Of a stretch of 36,473 nt of DNA, positions 25,951 to 36,473 are shown piece by piece. The stretch comes from Atractiella rhizophila (taxonomy: Eukaryota). The stretch's first letter is position 1. Every line of letters starts with the position of its first letter. Where the stretch lies: positions 1 to 36,473 of the forward strand of contig MU271418.1 of assembly GCA_021432655.1 (NCBI GenBank), given 5' to 3'. Below the pieces are notes generated by a model that was not told the DNA's origin, did not search any database, and was given only the letters and a program-made list of their open reading frames with translations. The translations under genes were made by a program, and so were the position numbers.

Positions 25951-26994
25951 ATGTCTACAAAAATCAAATTTTACTATGACCCTGTCTCCCCATGGGCCTA
26001 TATCGCGCTCACCGTTTTGAAGAGGTATTCGAAAGCGTGGGACTTAGACCTTGAGTTGTGTCCAGCTTTTTTGGGAGGGATTATGGTCGCTGCAAAGAAT
26101 AGGCCTCCTGTCACTGTGAGGGTTAAGGGTACGTCAATTTCTGTCTCTGTCCTTGTCGAACTATGGTTGACCAAAAGATTCAGGTGAATATATGGTGCGC
26201 CGCACTGTGAGCTGTGGTGAAGATGGTTGAAGGAGCCGAACAGGGCAGAGTCGACATTCCTATGGTCGCAACATACTATGGCATTCCGGTGCGTTTTGTT
26301 CTTCTATTTTCTCTTGGAGTTTGTTGCATTGATAAATCTGTCTCTAGTTCGGGCGACCAGACCCTTCGAATGCGCCTTCTTTTCCTCCTCAATCTTTGGG
26401 CATCTCCCGTTTTCTCACCGTTATCAACCTTCTAGAAGGACAGGAGAAGCTTCTTCAGGTGACAGATATAATCAATGTTCGTTTTCCTCTTCCTTAATCT
26501 TCGGAGTTGGAATGCTGACATTGCATACACAGGAAGCAATACACGTGAAACTCAACAACGAAGCTTTTGAACCCCCCGCCTGGCATTCCCTTCTAGTTCC
26601 TTCAGTGTTCTCGAAGGAGAGACTAGAGGAATTGATCCAGAAGATGAATGAACCTGAGAACAAGGAGAGGGTGAAGAAGCTGCCGGAGGAATTGGTCGCT
26701 CGCGGGTTAGTCTTCCTTTTCTTCGTCTCTTAGAATTGTGGCTCAACAGGAGCAATCGACTATTAGAACATTCGGCTTCCCATGGTTTGAGATTACGAGA
26801 GAAGATGGGGCGAAAGCAAGTTTCTTTGGGAGCGATAGATTCGAGGTCATCGCTTGGTGGTGCGTTGTTCTTGTTCCTCACCGAAAACTGCAGGCTAAAG
26901 AGGGACACTAAGGCTTGGGAAAGAGTGGAAAGGCCCTTTCCCCGATGGAAGGAAGGTGAAAACGTTTGATAAGGCTGCCACCCCAAAACTGTGA
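25951..26994 (+). CDS. Glutathione S-transferase kappa / DsbA-like (HCCA isomerase family), multi-exon
   Basis: KIKFYYDPVSPWAY, FLGGIMVAAKNRPP, FGFPWF, FFGSDRFEVIAW, WKGPFP; ends ...AATPKL* (TGA 26992-26994). Confidence 0.88.
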
Positions 26995-27153
26995 AGTGCG
27001 GTAGTTCGTTGGTCAATATGTTCCTGCCACTTTGATGCCTGCACAACACAAAATCGTTGATTTTGATGGAACGAAAGAACTTGACACAGATGATCACTAG
27101 CAATGTCATCAATCGAAGGAGGTAAGATATGCCATGCCAAACAAAGATCCAAA

Positions 27154-28347
27154 TTATCTCTTCTTCTTCCTCTGAAGAAACCCACCATCGGCGTCAACAT
27201 CCATTAAAGCCTGAAGGTCTCCTCCGGTTAACAGCTCGTGGAGTCTTCCCGACGTCCCACTCATATCCCCAAGGTCCAAATCCAAAGCTTCCTCATCCAT
27301 ATCTATCGAATCGAGCGAAGGGGAAGTGGAGGTGGATTCCTCACTAGTTCCCTGTCGAGCCGAGCCACTGCTGCTCATCCGGACCAGTTTCACCGGCGCC
27401 TCCTCCGTCGCAGTCCACGTCCTCTCTCTTCGAATCGCTGCCATTGCCTTCTCGCTTATTGGTTCTTGACCTAGAATTGTGAGTTCGTTAGAACCTTGGA
27501 TGGCGGCGATAGATCCTTCGTCCATGAGGATCAGGTCGCTGTGAAGCCGTGAGAGGTGTTCCCATGTCTCTCTGGCTACTCGAGAAAGTCGGTTCGTAGA
27601 CTGCTCAGCTGCGAGACTCAAAGCGGTGTAAGCGTGTAGGAGGAGGTGGAGCGGAGAGATGGGAGCTCGATCGAGGTGGTAGAAGAGGGAAGAGGGGAAT
27701 TGATGGGAGGTCGGCACGGGAGATATGAGTCGTGTAGAAGGATTGGGATGGAGGAGAACGTGGTGATATGGAGAGGGGAGGAGAGATTCGGTATAGAACC
27801 CGAGCTTGGATGGATGCGCTGAGAGGTTCAAATAGATATAGACACCTGATAGCTAGCAAAAGAAGGAGCTTAAGGTCTGCTGACGAGTGAAGATGTCAAA
27901 CTTACTGACTTCAATGGGAGATCTTTGATCTTTGTTGGTCGAAAATCACCCCACGACTCAAGCGCAAGTGCGATATTGCTGCTTGCAAGAGCAATGGAAG
28001 CGTGCTTCTGCAGCAACTCGACGTCTGGTAGATGAGGAACGAGAGCGATTCGGAAGTTTCGAAAAGAGTCCAAGTGGACGGGACACACTTTAAGTCATGT
28101 AGCTTATGAGATTCTTTCCTTCTGGTGGAGCAAGCACGAGAAGCGCACGGATAATAGCATTGCCAGCATGGGAGATAGCAATCGGGAGCTCGTTCAAGAA
28201 AGCGTAATCTCCGTTTGTGTCATATTGAAAATCTGAGGCGTCTGGCGGTATTATCCGCGCCGTAGATACACCCTCTGTGGCACCGCATAACAAACACGAA
28301 GATTCATAGGCTTCCAGGTCAAACGTAAGTTCGAAGTTGGGCTGCAT
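27154..28347 (-). CDS. Protein with a degenerate HNH-like (HNH_2-type) zinc-binding domain and C-terminal NLS, 3 exons
   Basis: Spliced CLLCG..STARIIPP..NAIILCPVH..F...IALVP and later SPLHLLLHAY resemble fungal HNH_2 proteins; ends QRKKKR. The start may instead be ATG 28497. Confidence 0.55.
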
Positions 28348-29581
28348 GCCAGTGCGGGTGAGAGTTATTTGCAAGACTTTTATTTGGCGGTATTTATGTG
28401 GAAAGCGATCTAGATCTTTAAGGCAAAGGCTCATCGCGTGATTCTGCTGCCAAAGGCCAAAGAGTCTGACGCTCGACCTTGCAATAGATAGGCCCATTCA
28501 TCATCACAAATAAATTCACAGTTTGGGGGTAGAAGCTTTTCCAAATCGAATCATCTACTTTAGCATCAACTGGCATCAACTAACTCCTGGCCTTGATACC
28601 TCTCGTATTGTACCATCATTCTCCATCTGACCTCCCTTCCGGAGTGGCTTCAGAGGTTTCATCTAGCCTAGATATCCCGCTTATGGAATTTTTGGGACTC
28701 AATACGCTGGCTTTATCTCATCGAAGCATTTTAACTTTGAGTGGTTAAACGAGGGCCGGGAAGGGTGAGCCAACCATTGCTTCCTTTAGCAAAATCGACC
28801 AAGTCTCTTCCCCCCCATCACGCTCAACTCCCAAAACCCAGCACGAATTCGCCAATACACCTCCCAAAAGGTCGACACTACGATCTTACAACCTCGGGAG
28901 CCGGATCGATCTCATTGTTTGGACGGAAGGAGACCAAGCCAAACTCATCGAGCGAACACCAAGGTCTCGCATCGAATATCCATCGAATTCCTACCTTCTC
29001 ACCTTCCTATTTATTCCCGACCCTCTGACGGTGCCTACGTATTTTTGGGGCGAAAGATTGGAGCCATTTCGTTAGGAACTGCCATCGGTTCTGTAAGGAA
29101 GGGTTTGGGGTTCATCTATTCGTTTGCAAGAGTCTCTAGGTCCGTGTTTCGCGTCTGTGGTGATGGCAGTGGGTGTGGGAACATCCTCGATTTTTCTGAT
29201 ACGCTTCTGAACGCTTTTGTTCGCGTTATCGCGGATTTCACGAATGACGGTTGTAGACCAAAAACGTGTCCCTGTCGCCGATATGGCCTCTCCATTAGCA
29301 GAACTTTCCTGCATGTAGTTTTTTGAACTGTAAAACGTGAAATCGCGAAGAATGGGCGCGATTCCAAGCTGCATTGCTGCCCATCAGATTTCTGGGGTGC
29401 AAGCGAATTTCCGACCACTTTGGGCAGTCAGCCCCCGTTGTTTGTTTGGATCGATGCTCTGCAGGGTTTTGAGCATAAAACCTTTTAAGGCACATTTTTC
29501 TGACCTCTGGTTGTGGTTACAGGTCCGAATATTCCACTGATCAGTTTACACACGCTCCGTGCTCCGTCGAACATTATTTAC

Positions 29582-32500
29582 ATGTCTTCACCTCCACATC
29601 CGGCAACACCACTTTCTCCTCCATTGTCAATCTCTCCACCATCTTCGTCCAATTCAATCACCACCAATTCTGCATCGTTCATAACCAGTTCTTTAGGCTC
29701 TATCAAGACAGATTCCTCCACTTCAGTCTCCTTCGACAGTCATAGTAATCAGGTCCAACAAACCGCTCCAGACTTTGGAAACCAATTCAATTCCAACTCG
29801 AGCTTTTACCCCACTCACAAATCCGCCTTCAAGTCAAACCACAATATGTCGACCTCAACCATCACTGGCATCAATCTCACTGGCAACAATCTTATGAGTG
29901 GCGGAATCGGCAAGGGACCTGACACTCCTCCTACATCCAATGGATCTGAAGAAGACTGGATCAGTAGCAAGCATTTCGCTGGTGGCGGTGGCGGCTCCAG
30001 CGGGTCCAGTGGAAGTGGCAAAATGGGTGGCGCCAATTGGGATAGGGTGATTGGTGGCGAACGGAAGACTACGAATGGGATCGGGATTGGTGGGGATTGG
30101 AAGACTTATGGAGATGCAGTAGAAGGCGAGAGGGACTCATTCGATGGACATATCAGGTCTGCTTACGCGGTAACGTCTCACAACGGTTCTCTGAATCACA
30201 CCGTCACCAGCCTTCAAAACCACTCTGACACCCCTGTCTCTGCCGCTGGGCGATCCTCCGCCGGAGGATTTAATGAAAAGATGTCTCAACCCACCAACTC
30301 CGGCGAGGATTTCTTCTTTCAACCTAAAGTTAACAGACCGCCTCCATCCACTGGTACCCAATCTCAATCTTATACTCCCACGATTCCCCAAGAGGAGAAA
30401 CCCGCCCATCAGATTCTAGGCAGGAGCCCTTTCGATCAAGATAACATGTTTGGCGACGAACAGCCGTCTCAGCAGTCTCAAGTCAACCTCAATTCGTTTA
30501 CCAGTCACAGAAACGAGAGTAGGGAGAGAGCTAGGAACGAGATGTCACCCCAGGAGGAATTTGTTCAAACTCAGATCAAGAGGGAGCAGCAGTTTTACGC
30601 CCAACACCAGCAATTACGAGAAAGGGAGAAGGAAGCTGCAATGAGACAACAGGGAACGGCAAATGCCAACTTTCAATCCAATGCCAACGCCGCTCATGGT
30701 TCCCACCCGACGAATGGCTCCGCATATGGTCAGTTGCGAATGGAAGATCCCTCCTTCGGGAGCAACCATTTCGATCCACTTCTCGGCCCCGCCGGAGCCT
30801 CCTCTCAAGCTTTCAACGCTCCAACCTCCAATTCTGCAGATATGCTCTACGCTCCGTCGAACCTAGAACACCTTCAAGCTCTCAGTCTGGGCCTGGTGAA
30901 CGGCGCCTTTTCCCCTCAACATCAACAACAACAAGCTTACAATCAACCGCTTTCCCGCCAAACCGATAATTCTACGCTCCTTCTCCAGCAACAGATTATG
31001 CGAGAAAGGGAACAGGCTGCCCTAAACGCTTACGGCGAGCCATTTGTTTCAAGTCTCAAGGGGCAGGTATGTTTCTAGCTCACGATTCTTTGCAGAAACT
31101 GAGTAAGGAACCAGATGCCTCTTCAACAGATGTCCGGTTTGAGTTCGAGCGATATTTCCACCCTAGCAGCTTCGGCCCCTTTTGGGCAGTCCCTTCAAGA
31201 CAGACGTAGCCTCGCAGGCTTATTGGAGCAGCAACCCCAGCTCTTCGGAATCAACCATCGAGTGTCCGCTGGTGGGGCCGCTGGAGCTTCGTTGGCGAGC
31301 CATATTCTTCTTTCGAATCAGCAGCAACAACAGCAAGGTCAAGTATCCTTTGGTATGGGTGGCGTGTCCAGTCCCTCGAACCTTAGTGCTAGCGCGAACG
31401 GTAGGGTTCCATTTCCCACTCCAAAAGAAACAATGCTCACCTGATGTAAAGGACCCTTCCTCAACCAAAATAATCTTCAGCTGCAGCACATTCAAGCTGC
31501 GCTAACCGTTGCTGGACAACTACCCGGTAATGTTAACCAAAACGTCGCGATCCCTCAAACTGTCAACGCTCATTCTGCTGCTGCCCAAGCAAATGCAGCT
31601 CAGCAGCAGGAAGAAATCTCCACCATCTTCGTTGTAGGATTCCCAGATGACATGCAGGAACGGGAATTCCAGAACATGTTCATTTTCGCTCAGGGATTCG
31701 AGGCTGCAACACTCAAGATACCTGCTGCCCAAGTGGCTGCGAGGGAAAAGGAAATGCATGCTGCTAGTGTGGCCGCTGCCCAAAGCGGTGTTATGGTACC
31801 GGGAAAACAGATGGACTACGGGTTCGATGGATACGGGAGTCAGCTCGTAGATCCACAGAACACCAGCGCCTACCTGACTGGCGCCAATTCGCAGAACATG
31901 AACGACGCGGTTCCCTCGAACGCCGCTGGTGGTGCTTCATCAACTACGAGGAAGCAGATTATCGGTTTCGCCAAATTTAGGACCAAGGCTGAAGCCATTA
32001 TCGCTCGTGACATGTTGGCCGCCAGACGCGTTGACGCGGAGAAGGGGAGTGTTCTGAAAGCAGAGATGGCGAAGAAAAATTTGCATACGAAGCGCGGCCT
32101 TCTGAACGAACCTATCCCACCCGCTCAACAATCGATGACGAACCTCCCTGCCAATCTACCTCCAGGCAACAGCGCCAGTCAGCAAGCTCTACAGAGCGCA
32201 CTGTATTTCGCCGGCCAGCAAGCGATGCCCGCTCAACAACAGAGTCGCGATGTTCAACAGCTCCTGGCCATGCAGCAACGGGAACGAGACGTCGTCGAAC
32301 GAGAGAGAGAATTACGCGAGCGCGAACATAGGGATCGTACCAATCAGCTACAGGCGAACAGCTCCAAAGTCTTCGATGCGTTCCAGTCAGTCCCGAATCA
32401 GAATCGCCAGACCAACTCGAACAGTCAATTCGATACGCAGTCGCTTTACAACGAAACTTTCCCATCTCAGTTCTCTCCCCAAAGCATGAGGTATGCGGGA

Positions 32501-33542
32501 AATGAGCAGGTGACTCAGGGGGAATCGAGCGCGACAATGGATCGGACGAAAAGGACGAGCTCCACCTCTCCCGATTTAACTTTTGATCGTCGTTCCAATC
32601 AGTCGCCACCTTCGTCATCGTCAGCAATCGCCACTTCGCCCGCGACAAGGACTTCAATAGAGCATCAGTCTCACTTCCCCAAGAGCCTCCTGCAATCGCT
32701 GCACGAAGATGAAGAAATGCCTCCAGGTCTGATTCAAAGTGGGCTCTACTCTCAAGATCTTAGGAATGACAATTCGTCGCGCTTCGAAGATAACTTAATG
32801 GGGTTTCAAGACCGAGATTTGGTTGCGAGGATGTCGACAATGAGCATGAACCAAGGAAGCTCGCAGAGCCCGGCAGACACGTTACCGTCCCCTACGTCGC
32901 TAAACAGCCCTACATTTAATCGGAGTCAAAATCCTGGAGACAACAATCCGCCGATTTCTGTAAGCATTGCAATTTTACCTGACTGATTCGCTGATGGCTT
33001 CACAGACGTTGTACATTGGTCTCCCTTCAGTTCTGCCTTCTACGAGCGGCCCCCAATCGGCACAGGCCTTAGAGGACAGTCTCCGGAACCTCTTTAGTCA
33101 TTGTCCTGGGTATCGACGCCTTTCGTTCCGTCAGAAGGCGAACAATAACATATGCCACGTCGAATTCGATTCAGTGGAGCACGCTTCTCGCACTAAAGAT
33201 GCTCTGCAGGGGAATACATTAGGAGGTTTGGTGAAGACTGGTATTCGGATTTCCTACTCCAAGAATCCTTTAGGAATTCGAAGCGGGAGTCTTTCAAACG
33301 GATCTGTCTCGCCTGGCGCCATGTCGCCCACGGGTCTCGGCCCAACTGATCTCTCGCTTGCATCCTTTACTGCAACTTCGGGTCAAGGCCGTCGACCCTC
33401 GGAATCTCTTTTCAGTCCCTCCGATTACAATCACTATTATAACAGGAGTCGGGGAACCATGCGCTCACCAGACGCCGGCTCGTCTACCTCTCCTCCACCT
33501 CTCAGTTTAGGCAATAGCAATTTCAATTCGTTCAGTGGATGA
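29582..33542 (+). CDS. Whi3/Whi4/Scw1-like RRM RNA-binding protein with long Q/S-rich disordered regions, 4 exons
   Basis: RRM1 EEISTIFVVGFPDDMQEREFQNMF..KQIIGFAKFRT..LKAEMAKKN; RRM2 NPGDNNPPISTLYIG..LFSHCPGYRRLSFRQK..CHVEF..IRISYSKNPLGIR. Introns at ~31068, ~31401 and ~32960. Confidence 0.88.
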
Positions 33543-34660
33543 CCAATTCTGTGCACTTTATTTCCTTTGTGTGTTTCTTCACAAATTGAGGTCAGCTCTT
33601 TTTGAACACCGAAGTCGTTGAACAGTTCTCTGTTTCTCTCCTATTATCAGCACCAGTCAACTCAATAAATATACTAACGAACTCTTCCCCCATCAATTTT
33701 CTGTCTCCTGGTTTCTTCAGTGATTTGGTCATCTCTTCAATAACTCACACGATCTCGCATTTGTACCAAGCCTTCTTTCTTTGCTTCAAACAATCGATAG
33801 GATTCAACTTTCAACCAGTACGATTATTCTCCCCCAAGTAACGTCTTACCAATTTCTTACTAGAGTCCCCAATACTCTATGTTGATTTTATTCTCACATA
33901 CCCTCAACCTTCAAATATTCCGCCCTACAAAGTTTTCTTCTGATCTTGCTCTCTCAGTCTTCGTCGACGTAAAATCAAGTTTCGTCTCCACACGTACCAG
34001 TCTCTTCCTCAACATTTTTATGCGCTCCCCTCTTGGTCCACTTATATCTCTTCTGCCCTTAAAAACAAGTTTGATTTGATTTCACGATTCTCCAAGTCAA
34101 CCCCGGTTTATGATGCCACTTTCTTGCGTAGTGTGTTAGTCCATTCATGTTCTATTAGAGAATCCTCTCTGGAATACAAAGCCATGTAATGTTCCATCGA
34201 ATCATCAATGCCAATTGGATCCCCTCTCTTTCTCCACATATGCATCATGCATCATGTGTTCTTCGAGTTCAGCTGGTTCCTGGAGATGGAGAATCTCACT
34301 CGAGCAGCCTCAGGCCAGCTCAGGTTCAGCTGCTGACCCTGGTGTCCGGAAATTGAACGTATTTATTTTTACGGTAAGTCACAAACCTAGAACTTGAAGA
34401 GCTAGGCAAGGCTTCAAGGAACAAGGATAGGCTTATTTTCAAAGCAGAACCGCCGAAGCGCAGAATGCAACTTCACGACAACGACATAACGACATGGACA
34501 CTCTCACGCGCCGAGGTCTTGGTCTTGTCGACGCCTTGCAGCTTAAATGCATCCTGTGCCTCTTTCAGCTCTCCTTTTCCCCAGCGCCGCGCGTCTGTCT
34601 CCCTTCCCTCATTTGTTTCTTCTCCCCAGTTTTTAGCCGGTCTGGTTGCAGTGCAACACG

Positions 34661-36473
34661 ATGTTCTCCCACTCTGCTCTCGGATTCCAAATTCTCTCCC
34701 TCTTCCTCGTGCAGGTCAACGCACAAACATTCACCTCCGGCTCTCGAAACGCGTTGAGGCAGAGAAACCTCGCTCAGACTAGCGGCCAGGGACTGGGAAC
34801 CACTCAGGAGGGAAACGAGATTTTGGCCATGAGTGCGGAGGTGGAGGGATTCGAGGTCCAATTGTGCGTGGCTCTGTGCAACACCGCCCTCTTTCCTCCT
34901 TTTCGATTCTTGTTTGCCCATGGAGGGGCGATGCACTCTTTGTCCAAGCTTCATCGTCGTAATCATTTCACTAAAGCGGAGTCCTTAATGGAATTCTGGG
35001 CGATAATATTTGAACAGGAATGACCACCTACTGATTGCTCTGAACAAAGACGTCTTTTCATTTGGGAGATCGAATTGATGGTGTGCTTGCTGCATTTGCT
35101 TACGTGCTCTTTTCACCCTCCATGTTTTGTCTCCCCTAAGACTTTCCCACAAGTCGCACATAGTTTTGACCATGCATCGTAAAGTAAAATATCAGCGTAT
35201 TTCACGACGGCTTTGAAAGAGTCTCGTCGAGTTGCGGGGATGACTACGACTGAAGCAACATAGCTACTGTGCCCAAGAGCTTGACATAGGGGGAAGTTGA
35301 GATACGTCCACAATCTCTGCATTCACCTCTAGCTGTGCAATTCAAGGATGGCGTAATCCTTGTGAGCACCAGGGCTTAGGGAATGGCAAGATACTGGATG
35401 CTTTCTAATGTTACCTCTTTCTCCCACAAAGCATGAAGCGAAGGGCATGACTTTCTCCTTACTTCAGTGTCAGCATGCTGGTGTGAAAATGACACAATGC
35501 TTCTGCCCCTCATTGAAGAAAAATCGCTCAGGTCCTTCAGTTCCCCCAGCAAAGCGATGCCCAATTGTCCTAATTAAACGTGTACTTGACATCGTTTCAA
35601 ACAGTAAAATCGCTGCTCCTGCCTCTCTCCTCCTCCCTGCCGCGCAACAAGGTGCCCTCATATCATCTTCCACGTTCAATCAAGCGGCCACCTCCTCGAA
35701 CGTTGACACAGCCGCCACTACCGCCACCGGCAACAATAACAGTTCGGCCACTAATAATAATAATAGTTCTGGCGCAACGAATGGATTTATCGACCTCGCC
35801 AGTCGTCGTTCCCGTCGAAACAAACACAAACGACGGATACCGGAGACAAAGCTGAAAAGGCAGACCGGAAGTACAGGTATCAACTTATTGTTGCATGGGG
35901 ATGGTGGACAGAGCTTTTTCGATTTCCCCAACCAAGTTTGTAGCTTCTCATTAGTGCTGAGTTCATGGTGATAAATGTTGCGGAACTAGTTGACAACCTC
36001 GCAAAACGGACTCGTTGGTGTAGTTGCTCTCGCTCCCAATGACGATCTCTTCTGGGGGGGTGGGTCTGGCCTTGACAGGTTCGTCTCTCATCTAGTGTGT
36101 CTGGAAGACATTTATGAGGGGGTTATTGTGCAGAACGGATGGGGTACTCCACTCTCAACTCGTTAATGCACTCGTTACACAAGTCCTCCCACAAGTCCTC
36201 AACTTCAACGTCGACCAAACTTTCTTCACTGGAGTATCTGGAGGAAGCCTCTTGCTTTCTGGATTCACACTTCCCTGTGCGTCTGCATACATCTCCCAAC
36301 GATGGCTGAAAAAGCAGGCAGTGTTTGGCGCTCAATTCGACACGGGAGCGTTATTGAACTGTGGTGGCCTTGTACCACAAGTAGCAGGGAGCATTGGAAA
36401 CATGAAGGTCCATTTCCAGAGCACGACGCAAGAGCTCGACTTGCTCCAAGGCTCTATTCCCGCCGCCGCTTCT
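34661..36473 (+). CDS. Secreted fungal alpha/beta-hydrolase-like protein (HGDGG / GVSGG family), partial at the 3' end
   Basis: Signal peptide MFSHSALGFQILSLFLVQVNA|Q. Intron 34864-35604 joins EVQF|KIAAPAS. Then GINLLLHGDGGQSFFDFPNQ, VVALAPNDDLFWGGGSGLDR, FFTGVSGGSLLLSGF (GxSxG), LLNCGGL, VHFQST. Runs off the window end. Confidence 0.8.

Noticed and set aside
28741..29540. Overlapping ORFs upstream of the Whi3-like gene
   Set aside because: No motifs and mostly non-ATG starts; more likely promoter and long 5' UTR.

Overview
Intron-rich fungal genomic DNA, most likely a basidiomycete. Frequent GTGCGT/GTTCGT/GTCAGT/GTCCGT donors and ~50-60 nt introns suggest Pucciniomycotina (inference). About 14 protein-coding genes were rebuilt by manual splicing, in order: secreted GPI-anchored alpha/beta-hydrolase; SFC1 mitochondrial succinate/fumarate carrier; a low-complexity protein broken by a 1058-bp out-of-frame tandem duplication and running into a 133-N gap; an enlarged mitochondrial uS2m (MRP4); an Mpr1-like GNAT acetyltransferase; a class I terpene (likely sesquiterpene) synthase; Hsp70 SSB; a PAQR/IZH membrane protein; a cytochrome P450; a small PPxY membrane protein; GST-kappa with a PTS1-like end; a degenerate HNH-like protein; a Whi3/Scw1-like RRM protein; and a secreted hydrolase-like protein with a 741-nt intron, cut off by the window end. 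Best leads are the terpene synthase/PAQR/P450 neighbourhood, the duplication and the oversized introns. No tRNA, rRNA, CRISPR array or intact transposon was recognised.
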